Positions 49,262-59,092 of a DNA stretch of 64,000 nt are shown here, piece after piece. The number at the start of each line of letters is the position of its first letter. The stretch's first letter is position 1. The notes under the pieces were generated by a model that saw only the letters and a list, made by a program, of their open reading frames with translations, was not told the origin of the DNA and did not search any database. Both the position numbers and the translations under genes were made by a program. The DNA comes from Alphaproteobacteria bacterium (GTDB lineage: Bacteria; Pseudomonadota; Alphaproteobacteria; GCA-2731375), in NCBI GenBank assembly GCA_965232515.1, contig CBDDPY010000002.1, forward strand, positions 6,560,001 through 6,624,000, in the 5' to 3' direction.

Positions 49262-49295
49262 CCTTCGCCTCCCGTTAGACAGACCCATCCCCTAC

Positions 49296-49374
49296 CGTCA
49301 TGCCCGGACTTGATCCGGGCATCCAGACAGACGGAACGACCATGCTGGATTGCCGGATCAAGTCCGGCAATGAC
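49296..49374. repeat. CGTC-tagged REP-like inverted pair
   Basis: CGTCAT-GCCCGGA-CTTGA-TCCGGGC-ATCCAG plus inverted GTCAT-TGCCGGA-CTTGA-TCCGGCA-ATCCAG. Confidence 0.85.
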
Positions 49375-49403
49375 CAATAAGCGGGACTTGGGCGCAGGCC
49401 AGC

Positions 49404-50615
49404 CTAATCCGCCATCTTTAGGTAGCCGTCGTCGTATACCACCCGGTCGGCGGCGGTGAAGCGGCGCATGCGTTCCAGCTCGGCGGCGATGCCGTCCTTG
49501 CGGCCGCGCGACTGCCGCACCTTGGGTTCCAGCCACAGGCCCTTCACCCGCAGCACGCCCGACTGCCGCTCGTGCTTCATGTCGACGCGGCCGATCAGCC
49601 GGTCGCCCTCCAGCAGCGGGAAGACGTAATAGCCGTAGCGCCGCTTGGCCTCGGGCACGAACACTTCGATCCGATAATCGAAGCCGAACAGCCGCTGCGC
49701 CCGGTTCCGGTCGCGCAGCAGCGGGTCGAACGGGCTGAGCGTGCGGATGCGCGCCGGCGGCTCGGGCACGTCGTCCAACCGGTCCGACAGGTCCGGCCAG
49801 GCATAGGCGGCGCGCGGCTTGCCGCCGTCGGCCGGTGCTACCAGCACCTCGATGATCTCGCCGGCCTCGAATTTATCGCGGCACCACCGCTTGGCCTCGT
49901 CCGGCGTCACCAGCGCCCAGAAGGCCGCGAGCTCGCCCGAGGTCGCGAAGCCCAGCCGGTCGAGGGCGCTGCGGCAGGCCCAGTCGACATATTCCGCCGT
50001 ATGCGGCAGATGCGTCCGGTGCGCCTCGGGAATCACCCGCTCGGTCAGGTCGTAGACCTTCTGGAAGCCCTCGCGCCGGGCCACGGCCAGCGCGCCGGTG
50101 CGCCAGTGATATTCCAAGGCCGTCTTCGACGGATGCCAGTCCCACCAGCCGCCGGCGTTCTTCTTCTCGCCGTTGCCCAGATCGCGAGCCATCACCGGGC
50201 CGTCGTCGGTGATCTGGCGCAGCACCTGATCCAGAACTTCCTCGAAGCCGTCGCGCCGCCACTTGCGCCAGCGTTCGCGCAGTCGCGCCGCCTCGCGCGC
50301 GAACTTCGGCCGCCAATAGGGGTAGAACGCCGTCGGGATGATCGACGCGTCGTGGGTCCAGTTCTCGAACACCGCGGCGTCGCGTTCGTGCAGCCGCGCC
50401 AGCTGCTTCTGCCGGTAGGTCTGGTTGCGCGAGAACAGGATCTGGTGGTGCGCCCGCTCGACCGTGTTGATGCTGTCGACCTGCACGAATCCGATCTGAT
50501 CGATCAGGTCCAGCAGGCCCTCCTGGCTCAGCTTCCGGTGCGGGGCGCGCGCCAGGCCCTGCCGCGCCAGAAACAGCCGGCGGGCGATCGTGTTGGGAAT
50601 GAGAGGTGGGGACAT
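49404..50615 (-). CDS. ycaQ: YcaQ/AlkZ (HTH_42) crosslink-repair DNA glycosylase
   Basis: QVD catalytic motif, WTHDAS, LSPFDPL, YRIEVFVP and RRYGYY. Confidence 0.9.
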   Translation of the reverse strand: MSPPLIPNTIARRLFLARQGLARAPHRKLSQEGLLDLIDQIGFVQVDSINTVERAHHQILFSRNQTYRQKQLARLHERDAAVFENWTHDASIIPTAFYPYWRPKFAREAARLRERWRKWRRDGFEEVLDQVLRQITDDGPVMARDLGNGEKKNAGGWWDWHPSKTALEYHWRTGALAVARREGFQKVYDLTERVIPEAHRTHLPHTAEYVDWACRSALDRLGFATSGELAAFWALVTPDEAKRWCRDKFEAGEIIEVLVAPADGGKPRAAYAWPDLSDRLDDVPEPPARIRTLSPFDPLLRDRNRAQRLFGFDYRIEVFVPEAKRRYGYYVFPLLEGDRLIGRVDMKHERQSGVLRVKGLWLEPKVRQSRGRKDGIAAELERMRRFTAADRVVYDDGYLKMAD

Positions 50616-50817
50616 GGGCAATGAATACGGACGGTTAGACAGCGCTGTTGATTCCCGGAACCATCAGTATATCCCGATTGCCGCGTCGGTTTCTGTCAGC
50701 AGCGATGGCAAATGACCTCGAAACGTATCGTTTATGTATCGATTGCGTTTTCGAGCATAAATACCTGAAAATTAATATGTTTTGACGTATGCACACTGGT
50801 CCGCGCATAGTAGGGCC

Positions 50818-51699
50818 ATGAAGGAATTCGAAGTCAGGCCCGATCCCGACGACCCGCGTCTGTCGGAACGCGTGTCGGGCGTCGACCATGCCGGCAAGCC
50901 GGTCGACGTCTCGGTCGTGGTCGAGCGCCCGTTGACGCTGTTCCTGAACGGCCAGGAGATCGTCACTATGATGACGATCGGCGACTACCCGGACTATCTC
51001 GCCGTCGGCTATCTCCTGAACCAGAACATGCTGCGGCCCGACGACGCGATCGTCGGCATCGACCATGACGATGAACTCGACGTCGTTGTCGTGCGTACCG
51101 AGCGCGAGACCGACTACGAGGAAAAGCTGAAGAAGAAGACGCTGACCTCGGGCTGCGCCCAGGGCACGGTGTTCGGCGACGTCATGGAGAAGTTCGAGAG
51201 CACGGAACTGCCGACCGACGCCGTGCTGAAGACCTCCTGGCTCTACGCGCTCACCAAAAAGATCAACACCAGCCCCAGCCTCTATCTCGCCGCCGGCGCC
51301 ATCCATGGCTGCGTGCTCTGCGAGGCCGACCGGCCGTTGGTCTACATGGAGGACGTCGGCCGCCACAACGCCATCGACAAGATCGCCGGCTGGATGTTCC
51401 TAAACGGCGTTGGCCCCGCCGACAAGATCTTCTACACGACCGGCCGGCTGACCTCCGAGATGGTCATCAAAACCGTGCAGATGTCCTTGCCGATCCTGAT
51501 TTCCCGCTCCGGCTTCACCGCCTGGGGCGTCGAGCTCGCCCGCCAGGCCGGCCTGACCCTCATCGGCCGTGCCAAGGGCAAGCGCTTCTACTGCCTCTCG
51601 GGCGAGCAGCGCCTGGTCTACGACGCCGACCCCGACGCCGTGCCGGAGGAAAGCAAACGCCTCGCCCGCAAGGCCAGCGTGGCGGATGACGCGGCGTAA
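50818..51699 (+). CDS. fdhD: Formate dehydrogenase accessory sulfurtransferase
   Basis: ERPLTL, TSGCAQG, GAIHG, EDVGRHNAIDK and TGRLTSEMV. Confidence 0.94.
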   Translation: MKEFEVRPDPDDPRLSERVSGVDHAGKPVDVSVVVERPLTLFLNGQEIVTMMTIGDYPDYLAVGYLLNQNMLRPDDAIVGIDHDDELDVVVVRTERETDYEEKLKKKTLTSGCAQGTVFGDVMEKFESTELPTDAVLKTSWLYALTKKINTSPSLYLAAGAIHGCVLCEADRPLVYMEDVGRHNAIDKIAGWMFLNGVGPADKIFYTTGRLTSEMVIKTVQMSLPILISRSGFTAWGVELARQAGLTLIGRAKGKRFYCLSGEQRLVYDADPDAVPEESKRLARKASVADDAA

Positions 51700-51735
51700 G
51701 CCTCTGAAGAATGTACGTCAGTCAACGTCAGCGAG

Positions 51736-51834
51736 CTCTCACCCAACCCTCTCCCGCAAGCGGGAGAGGGCTATTACGGGCGGCGCAGCAGCGCTCTCCC
51801 CTCTCCCGCTTGCGGGAGGGGGATAGGGTGAGGG
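51736..51834. repeat. CCCTCTCCCGC-AA-GCGGGAGAGGG palindromic inverted pair
   Basis: Units 51736-51770 and 51798-51834 in inverted orientation between fdhD and mobA. Confidence 0.85.
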
Positions 51835-51895
51835 AAACTGGATTGGACGCCAGCACCTGGTCGTCCAGAACCCACCTCATCCCACATCTCCCCAC

Positions 51896-52510
51896 ATGCC
51901 CCCCACCACCGGCGTGATCGGCATCCTCCTCGCCGGCGGGCAGGCCCGGCGCATGGGCGGCGGCGACAAATGCCTGCGCCAGCTCGCCGGCCGCACGCTT
52001 TTGGCCCGCATCATCGAGCGCGCCCGGCCGCAGGTCGACGCGCTGGTCCTGAACGCCAACGGCGACCCCGCCCGCTTCGCCGCCTACGGCCTGCCGGTCG
52101 CCCCTGACGTTATCGCAGGCTTCGCCGGTCCGCTCGCCGGCGTGCTGACCGGCATGGACTGGGCCGCCGAAAACGCAGCGCAAGCGCGTTGGATTGCCAC
52201 GTTCCCCACCGACGCCCCGTTCCTGCCGGAAGACATGGTCGCGCGCCTGCTCGCGGCCGTCGCCGACGATGCCGCCGACCTCGCCTGCGCCGCGTCCGCC
52301 GGCCGCGCGCATCCCGTCGCCGGTCTCTGGCCGGTGGCGTTGCGTACCGACCTGCGCCGCGCCATGCAAGACGAGGACATGCGCAAGATCGACGCCTGGA
52401 CCGCACGCTACCGTCTCGCCCAGGTCGATTGGCCCGCCGAACCCGTCGACCCCTTCTTCAACGCCAACCGGCCGGAAGACCTTGCCGAGGCCGAACGTCT
52501 GCTAGGCTAG
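51896..52510 (+). CDS. mobA: Molybdenum cofactor guanylyltransferase
   Basis: [27 protein letters not shown] and FFNANRPED. Confidence 0.95.
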   Translation: MPPTTGVIGILLAGGQARRMGGGDKCLRQLAGRTLLARIIERARPQVDALVLNANGDPARFAAYGLPVAPDVIAGFAGPLAGVLTGMDWAAENAAQARWIATFPTDAPFLPEDMVARLLAAVADDAADLACAASAGRAHPVAGLWPVALRTDLRRAMQDEDMRKIDAWTARYRLAQVDWPAEPVDPFFNANRPEDLAEAERLLG

Positions 52511-52540
52511 GCGACGCGACAACGTAGCGGGGAGCCGGTC

Positions 52541-53323
52541 ATGTATCGCGAGAACCATCTGAAGGCCAAGCTGACGCGGGGCGAGAAGGGGATCGGCTGC
52601 TGGCTGCTCTCGAGCGATGCGGTCGTCGCCGAGGTGCTGTCGCAGGCCGGTTTCGATGCCTTCATCATCTGCCACGAGCATGCCTGGGGCGATGCCGGCA
52701 CGCTGCTGACGCAGCTCCACGGCGCTCAGGCGAGCCCGACCACCTGCCTCGTGCGCGTGCCGTCGAACGACAAGGTCTACATCAAGCGCGTGCTCGATGT
52801 GGGCGTCGAGGGCATCGTCATTCCGACCGTCGAGACGGCCGACGAGGCGCGCGCCGCCGTCGCCGCCTGCCGCTATCCACCCGAGGGTGCGCGTGGCGTC
52901 GGCTATCCGTTTTCGCGCGCCGCCGACTACGGCCTGCGCGAAAAACAATATCCGCTGGAAGCGCACGAGCAGATCATGGTGATCCCGATCATCGAGTCGT
53001 TGCCGGGATTCGAGAACCTGGCCGAAATCGTCGCCGTGTCGGGCGTCGACATGGTGATCCTCGGCCCCGGCGATCTCGGCGCCAGCCTCGGCCGCTACGA
53101 TTTCTGGGAGGATCCGGAAATCCTGCGCGTGATCGCCGAGGGCGAAAAGATCGTGCGCGATTCCGACTGCTGGATGGCCGGCGTCGCCCGCAACGCCGCC
53201 GGCGCGGCCGAGCTGTTCGAACGCGGCTACGACTTCTGCACCAGCGCAATCGACGTCTGGCTGCTGCGCGACGGCGCCAAGGCGGCGATCGAACCGCTAC
53301 GCGGCGGGGAGGCGAAGCGATGA
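52541..53323 (+). CDS. HpcH/HpaI class II aldolase
   Basis: EH, VRVP, LDVG, YPPEGARG, IES and GPGDL. Confidence 0.9.
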   Translation: MYRENHLKAKLTRGEKGIGCWLLSSDAVVAEVLSQAGFDAFIICHEHAWGDAGTLLTQLHGAQASPTTCLVRVPSNDKVYIKRVLDVGVEGIVIPTVETADEARAAVAACRYPPEGARGVGYPFSRAADYGLREKQYPLEAHEQIMVIPIIESLPGFENLAEIVAVSGVDMVILGPGDLGASLGRYDFWEDPEILRVIAEGEKIVRDSDCWMAGVARNAAGAAELFERGYDFCTSAIDVWLLRDGAKAAIEPLRGGEAKR

Positions 53324-54021
53324 CCGACCGCGTCGCGCTCGTCGCCGGCGTTGGCCGCGGCACCGGCGGCGCCGTCGCCCGGCGCTTCGCCGCCGGCGGT
53401 TACCGGGTCGCGCTCGTCGCCCGCTCCGAGGCCCGGCTGAAGGAGTTCGAGGCCGAGCTGCCGGGCAGCCTGGCGCTGCCCTGCGACATCACCGACCCGG
53501 CTGATCTCGACGCCATGCTGGCCTGCTGCCGGGCCGAGCTCGGCGAACCTGACGTGGTGATCCACAACGCCGCGCGCGGTTCATGGGGCAGCTTCCTCGA
53601 CATCGATCCGGCCGATATCGAGCAGAATTTCCAGGTCAACACCATGAGCCTCCTGCATCTCGCCCGCGCCGTGGCGCCCGCGATGATCGACCGGGGCGAG
53701 GGCGCCATCATCGTCACCGGCAACACGTCGGCCTGGCGCGGCAAGCCGGATTTTTCCGGCTTCGCGCCGACCAAGGCGGCCCAGCGCATCCTGGCCGAAG
53801 CCATGGCCCGCGAGCTCGGACCACAAGGCATCCATGTCGCCTACGTGGTGATCGACGCCATCATCGACCTGCGCTGGACCCGCCGCCGGAATCCGGACCT
53901 GCCCGACGAGCGCTACGCCAAACCGGACGACATCGCCGAAACCGTCTACCAGACCGCCCACCAGCCCCGCAGCGCCTGGTCCTTCAACGTCGAGCTCCGC
54001 CCCTTTACCGAACCCTGGTAA
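53320..54021 (+). CDS. Short-chain dehydrogenase/reductase (FxxxK subgroup)
   Basis: AGVGRGTG, HNA, FAPTK and GIHVAYVVID. Confidence 0.9.
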   Translation: MTDRVALVAGVGRGTGGAVARRFAAGGYRVALVARSEARLKEFEAELPGSLALPCDITDPADLDAMLACCRAELGEPDVVIHNAARGSWGSFLDIDPADIEQNFQVNTMSLLHLARAVAPAMIDRGEGAIIVTGNTSAWRGKPDFSGFAPTKAAQRILAEAMARELGPQGIHVAYVVIDAIIDLRWTRRRNPDLPDERYAKPDDIAETVYQTAHQPRSAWSFNVELRPFTEPW

Positions 54022-54130
54022 TTCCGGTGACAGTAACCGTAATTCACGTCGCGGAGATGAAGCAGTTCCGGTGACAGTAAACATAACTTGTTCGCCGCAA
54101 TCATAATTAAGGTTACTGTCCCCGGAATTA
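54019..54130. repeat. Cluster of three 25-nt TTCCGG(T/G)GACAGTAA units (two direct, one inverted)
   Basis: Units at about 54020-54044, 54064-54088 and, inverted, 54105-54129. Confidence 0.8.
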
Positions 54131-54254
54131 TTCAGGCCGCGACTGCGGTCCGCCGGTCGTCCGGCCCGTCCTCCGTAGCAGCGCTGCCGCTGCGAAGGGT
54201 GGACGCGCCCGCGCAGGCGCGGGCCGTCAGGCCCGCTACCGTGAGTGCAGATAT

Positions 54255-55202
54255 CTAACCTTTGACGGCGCCGGCGGCGAGGCCCTGGACGACGAACTTC
54301 TGCAACAGCAGCACCAGCACCACGGTCGGCAGCAGGGCCAGCAGCGCCAATGCCATCATCACGTTGAACAGGATGTTGGTGTCGCTGATCAGGCTCGACA
54401 GCACCATCGGCAGAGTCATGAATTCCAGCTTCGAGTTCAGCACCAGCGGGATCAGCAGCTCGTGCCAGGAGACGATGAAGACGATGACGCCGCAGGCGGC
54501 CAGGCCCGGCGTCGACAGTGGCAGCACGATGCGCAGGAAGGCGCCGAAGCGGGTGCAGCCGTCGACCCGCGCCGCGTCCTCGAGCTCCGGCGGCAGGCTC
54601 TGGAAGTAGGGCGCCAGGATCAGGATCGCATAAGGCAGCAGGAACCCGGTCTCGGCGATGATCACGCCCGTCAGCGAGTTCAGCAGGCCGGTCGCCCGGC
54701 CGAGCACGAACAGCGGGATCATCAGCACGATGATCGGCACGAAGCGCGCCAGCAGGTTCGCCTGCAGGAACCATACGGTCCAGCGGTAGCGCAGCCGCGC
54801 GATGGTATAGGCCGACAACGTGCCGAAGCCGAGCGTCAGCACGGTCACCGAAACGGCGATGATCGTGCTGTTGGCGAAGGCGCTGTAGAAGGCGCGGATA
54901 TTGTCCGGCATGTAGGTCGCGGTGATGCCGATATCGGCGTTTTCGCGATGCTCGCCCCGGGTCAGGATCAGCAGGAAATTGTCAAACGTCACCGCGGGCG
55001 GCACCACGGCGTGGATGTCGGCGTGCAGGGTCTTCTCCGACATCAGCGAGCCCTGCACCACCGCCAGCACCGGGAACAGGATGAACAGGATCGCGAGCAC
55101 GTTCGCGGCATAGAGCGCGAACCGCTCCCACGGCGGCCGCTTCGGCCCCGACGACCAGCGCCGCGCCCAACCGTTCGTCCCGCCGTTGTCGCGCGCCGCC
55201 AT
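54255..55202 (-). CDS. Carbohydrate (CUT1) ABC permease, MalG-like
   Basis: EAA loop LEDAARVDGCT, PLSTPG and terminal GLAAGAVKG. Confidence 0.9.
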   Translation of the reverse strand: MAARDNGGTNGWARRWSSGPKRPPWERFALYAANVLAILFILFPVLAVVQGSLMSEKTLHADIHAVVPPAVTFDNFLLILTRGEHRENADIGITATYMPDNIRAFYSAFANSTIIAVSVTVLTLGFGTLSAYTIARLRYRWTVWFLQANLLARFVPIIVLMIPLFVLGRATGLLNSLTGVIIAETGFLLPYAILILAPYFQSLPPELEDAARVDGCTRFGAFLRIVLPLSTPGLAACGVIVFIVSWHELLIPLVLNSKLEFMTLPMVLSSLISDTNILFNVMMALALLALLPTVVLVLLLQKFVVQGLAAGAVKG

Positions 55203-55204
55203 GC

Positions 55205-56158
55205 CTAGTCCGTCCGCTTGTAAAGGAACTTGATGTAGAGGATCGCCAGCACCGCGATCAGCACGGCCAGCACATAGGCCGACGCCGCGCCCATGCCGAT
55301 ATTGAACGGTGGCGCGAACGATTTCTTGTAGCTGAACCAGGACGCGACCCAGGTGGCGTCGCCCGGCCCCCCTTGTGTGATCGCCAGCACCTCGTCGAAG
55401 ACCAGGAACGCGAACGACGTTCGCAAGATCACCACGACGGCGATGATCGGCCGCATCAGCGGCAGGGTGATGTGCCAGAACCGGTACCAGGCATTGGCGC
55501 CGTCGACCTTGGCGGCCTCGAACAGTTCCTGCGGCAGGCCCTGCAGGGCGGCGTGGAACAGCAGGATCGCGAACGGCAGCGTGCGCCAGATATAGGGCAC
55601 GGTCAGCGAATAGAGCGCCGTCTCCGGCACGCCGGTCCAGTCGATGTTCTGCTCGATCAGGCCGAGCTGGAACAGCACCCGGTTCAGGAACCCCAGCTTG
55701 AAGTTGTAGATGTAAACCCAGATCAGGCCGTTGGCGATCGGCGGAATGGCATAGGGCAGCAGGATCAAGAACCGCGTTACCCGCGACAGCACGATGCCCT
55801 GCTGGTTGATCAGCAGCGCGATCGCCAGGCCCAGGATGACCTCGACCGTCACCACGATGACGGTGAAGACGAACGTGTTCTGCAGCGACAGCAGGAACAG
55901 CCCGTCCTCGAACAGTCGGGAATAGTTCTCCAGGCCATAGAACGGAAACGGAAAGCCGCGCCGCAACTCGCCGATGCGCACCCGCGACACCGACAGGTAG
56001 GCGGCGTAGCAGAGCGGGAACAGCAACACCGTGGCGAAGATCAGCAGCGACGGCAGGTTCATGACGAACGCCAGCCGCCCCGCCGTCAGCTCGCCGCCCC
56101 ACCACCGCCGCCGCGCCGACGCGGCCTCGGTGGCGGGCAGGGCGTTCACCCGGCTCAC
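55205..56158 (-). CDS. Carbohydrate (CUT1) ABC permease, MalF-like (start 56149, 56158 or 56191)
   Basis: GLENY, EAAKVDGA, ITLPLMRP and TQGGP. Confidence 0.9.
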   Translation of the reverse strand: MSRVNALPATEAASARRRWWGGELTAGRLAFVMNLPSLLIFATVLLFPLCYAAYLSVSRVRIGELRRGFPFPFYGLENYSRLFEDGLFLLSLQNTFVFTVIVVTVEVILGLAIALLINQQGIVLSRVTRFLILLPYAIPPIANGLIWVYIYNFKLGFLNRVLFQLGLIEQNIDWTGVPETALYSLTVPYIWRTLPFAILLFHAALQGLPQELFEAAKVDGANAWYRFWHITLPLMRPIIAVVVILRTSFAFLVFDEVLAITQGGPGDATWVASWFSYKKSFAPPFNIGMGAASAYVLAVLIAVLAILYIKFLYKRTD

Positions 56159-56164
56159 GACGGC

Positions 56165-56253
56165 CTGGATGGCCGGGTCGAGCCCGGCCATGACGATGCT
56201 GATGGTGTCGTCACCACAAAGTCGTCATCACCGGGCTCGACCCGGTGATCCAG
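56165..56253. repeat. CGTC-tagged REP-like pair in divergent orientation
   Basis: Inverted CGTCAT-GGCCGGG-CTCGA-CCCGGCC-ATCCAG and direct CGTCAT-CACCGGG-CTCGA-CCCGGTG-ATCCAG. Confidence 0.85.
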
Positions 56254-56274
56254 CACACCTCCAACCACAACCGA

Positions 56275-57633
56275 TCACAACGACCGCTTCGCCGTCTTGA
56301 TCCCGGCGATGATGGCGTCGACTGCCTCGTCCGGCGACTTCTGCCCGGTCAGCGACTTCTGCAGCTCGATGTTGATGATGTCGTTCCACGGCGTGTGCCA
56401 GGGCTCGACCATCGAGGTCACCACATCGCCCAGGAACGTCGCCTTCTCCCAGGCGCCGAGGATCGTCGGCACGTCACCCCATTTCGACCAGGTCGCCGAC
56501 AGCTCGTCGCTGTCCATCACCGACTGATAGCCGCTGCCCAGCATGGCGTCGCGGGCCAGCAGCTTGGCCTGGGTGTATTCGCCGTCCTTGGTCCGGCCGC
56601 CCAGATACTGCATCAACTTCCAGGCCCATTCCTTGTCGCCATAGGCCGTGCTCATGAAATAGATGCCGCCGTTGGCGATGGTGCGGCCGTCGCCCGGCAT
56701 CGGATGCACCTTCACCTTGCCGGCGATCGGCGACTGGCTCGGATCGTTGATCAGGTTCAGGCCGTAATGGTGGTTCGGGCCGCGGTACAGGTTCTTGCCG
56801 GCCATGAAGGCCTTTGACGAGCTGGTGAACTGCACCTTCAACGATTCCGGATCGGCGATGTCGAGCTTGGTGAAGGTGTCGGTCCACCATTTCAGGGTCT
56901 CGCGCGCCACCGAGCCCGGACCGAGCTGGTGGTTGCCCTGCTTGTCGAAGAAATCGCCGCCCTGGTTCCAGGTCATGCTGTACCAGGTGCCGGGCAGCTG
57001 CTCCGGCCCGACGCCCGCGACCCACAGGATCGGGTATTCGGAGACGCCGTCCTTTTTGGCCTTCACCGCCTGCTCGATCAGCTCCTCGTAGGACTCGAAC
57101 GGCTTGTCGATGCCGGCCTTCTCCAGCATGTCCTCGTAGTAGTTCCAGACCCAGACGGTGGAGAAATAGGGCAGGGCCCAGACGCTGCCGTCGAACGTGG
57201 AAATCTGCTTCTGGGCGCTCGTGAAGTCGTCGACATAGGCCTCCAGGCCCGGCAGGCCGTCGAGCGGCTCGACGATGCCCTGCTCGGCCCAGGTCCGCAG
57301 CTCGGCCGCGAAGCCCATGCCGACATCGACCTGCGCGCCGCCGGCGAACGTCGTCGTGAACTTCTGGAAGTACTCGTTGAAGCCCGAGAGGTTCTGGTTG
57401 AAGCTGACGCCCCAGTCGGCCTCGAACTGCTTCGAGATCTTGGCGTAGATCTCGCCGTACTGCCAGCCGACGAAACTCACTTCGTTGACCCGGCTCGACG
57501 GATTCTCGGCCCACGGCCCGGGCGGTCCGGCCTGCGCAACGCCCGGCAGCAGGCCCAGGCCCGCCAGCGCCGTCGCGCCCTTCAGCACGTCGCGGCGGGA
57601 TTTTCTTGTTAAAGCCGTCTTCGAAACCGACAT
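56275..57633 (-). CDS. Tat-exported CUT1 ABC solute-binding protein
   Basis: SRRDVLK twin-Arg signal, DGSVWALPY, MLEKAGI and AWKLMQYL. Confidence 0.88.
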   Translation of the reverse strand: MSVSKTALTRKSRRDVLKGATALAGLGLLPGVAQAGPPGPWAENPSSRVNEVSFVGWQYGEIYAKISKQFEADWGVSFNQNLSGFNEYFQKFTTTFAGGAQVDVGMGFAAELRTWAEQGIVEPLDGLPGLEAYVDDFTSAQKQISTFDGSVWALPYFSTVWVWNYYEDMLEKAGIDKPFESYEELIEQAVKAKKDGVSEYPILWVAGVGPEQLPGTWYSMTWNQGGDFFDKQGNHQLGPGSVARETLKWWTDTFTKLDIADPESLKVQFTSSSKAFMAGKNLYRGPNHHYGLNLINDPSQSPIAGKVKVHPMPGDGRTIANGGIYFMSTAYGDKEWAWKLMQYLGGRTKDGEYTQAKLLARDAMLGSGYQSVMDSDELSATWSKWGDVPTILGAWEKATFLGDVVTSMVEPWHTPWNDIINIELQKSLTGQKSPDEAVDAIIAGIKTAKRSL

Positions 57634-57834
57634 CGCAGGCGTCCTCCCCTATCAGGTGCTGGCGTGGCCTGCGTCGCTGATCTCTTACGGGTCAACGCGG
57701 CGGCAATCCGGCCACGAACCAGTCGATGAACGGCATGCCGCCGATCGACGCTTACGCAATGGACAAATCAGTCGTCTCTAATCCTACCCACTCGTTACCC
57801 GACGCGCCAACCATTGCCGGCCGCCGGTATGCCG

Positions 57835-59091
57835 TTAATGCATCAGCGTCCGGCCCTGGGCCGCGACCTTGCGGCCGCCAACCAGCACGTGGCGCATGTT
57901 GCCGGCAACCTCCAGGTTCTCGACAGAATTGACCACGTCGCCCTCGACAACGATCACGTCGGCGAGCTTGCCGGGCGCCAGGCTGCCAACCTGTTCCTCG
58001 ACCATCAGCAGCCGCGCCGTCTGCTGCGTCGCGATCTGGATCGCCTGCAGCGGCGTCAGCCCGCAGTTGACGAACTGTACGACCTCGCGCCCGGCCGAAC
58101 CGTGCGGCGTCAAGAGCGAGCCGGCATCCGTGCCGCAGGCGAGCGGCGCGCCGACGTCGAAGGCGTATTTGACATACTCGTGGTGCTGCGTCGTGCGCTG
58201 GCGCACGTTCTCGATCATGTAGTCGACCAGGCCGGCCTGCGCGCCGTGCTTCATGATCCGATCCATCACGGTCAGCGTGGGCACCAGATGCGTCTCGGTG
58301 CCGCGGGCGGCGTCGGCGCATTCCTCATCGAAATGCATGCCGTGCTCGACCGAGCGTACGCCGGCCTCGATGCAGCGCAGGATCGCCGTCTGGTTATGCG
58401 CATGCACGGCCACTGGTATACCCATCATCGTCGCCGTCTCGATCGCGGCGCCGAACTCGTCGGGCGCGAACTCCTCGGCGTCGATGCGGCCGTGCGGATC
58501 GACCACGCCGCCGGTCTGGAACACCTTGATCCAGTTGGCGCCGGCGCGCGCCTGCCGGCGGATCGCGCCGCGGATTGCGTCGACGCCGTCCACGACCTCG
58601 CTGATGTCGCCGTGCGATTGGCACAGCCAGCAGGGCATGATGTCGCCGTGGCCGCCCGTGGTAGTCAGGCCCTTGCCGCAGGGATGCACGCGCGGGCCGA
58701 CCATCTTGCCGGCGTTGATGGCGTCGCGGGCGGCGATGTCGAGATGCGCGAGATCGCTCACCGTGCGGATCGTCGTCACGCCGCCGGCCACTGTGTCGGC
58801 CAGGTTGCGCGACACCTCGAAGGCGACTTCGCCGACGGGCCGCGCTACCAGCTCCTGCACCAGGTCGCTCGGCGCCGACAGCGAGATATGCACATGCACG
58901 TCCATCAGGCCCGGCAGCACCGAGGCGCCGTCCGCCTCGATGATCTCGGCGTCCACCGGCACGCTGTGCGGGTCGAGCGGGCCGGCATAGATGATCGTGT
59001 CGTCCTCGATCAGCACCAGGCCGTTCGGCACCGGATCGGCGCCGGTGCCGTCGATCACCTGGCCGCCGACGATGGCCGTCTTGCCGGGCAT
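57835..59091 (-). CDS. Metal-dependent amidohydrolase (prolidase-like subgroup)
   Basis: PGLMDVHVH, WIKV, VAVHAH, SVEHG, GTDAG and GKLAD. Confidence 0.9.
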   Translation of the reverse strand: MPGKTAIVGGQVIDGTGADPVPNGLVLIEDDTIIYAGPLDPHSVPVDAEIIEADGASVLPGLMDVHVHISLSAPSDLVQELVARPVGEVAFEVSRNLADTVAGGVTTIRTVSDLAHLDIAARDAINAGKMVGPRVHPCGKGLTTTGGHGDIMPCWLCQSHGDISEVVDGVDAIRGAIRRQARAGANWIKVFQTGGVVDPHGRIDAEEFAPDEFGAAIETATMMGIPVAVHAHNQTAILRCIEAGVRSVEHGMHFDEECADAARGTETHLVPTLTVMDRIMKHGAQAGLVDYMIENVRQRTTQHHEYVKYAFDVGAPLACGTDAGSLLTPHGSAGREVVQFVNCGLTPLQAIQIATQQTARLLMVEEQVGSLAPGKLADVIVVEGDVVNSVENLEVAGNMRHVLVGGRKVAAQGRTLMH

Positions 59092-59092
59092 G

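Noticed and set aside
50720-50790. ModE/Mo-box upstream of fdhD-mobA
   Set aside because: AT-rich with ATCG..CGAT elements but lacking the TATAT-N-TATAT spacing.
51871-51910. CCCAC 10-nt periodic run before mobA
   Set aside because: Short, degenerate low-complexity sequence with no other support.
53320-54021. SDR with Phe replacing the catalytic Tyr (FAPTK)
   Set aside because: A widespread SDR subgroup has FxxxK, so this is not specific to this locus.
54019-54130. Possible mini-CRISPR array
   Set aside because: Only two direct units about 19 nt apart, the third is inverted, and no cas genes are present; better explained as a REP-like cluster.
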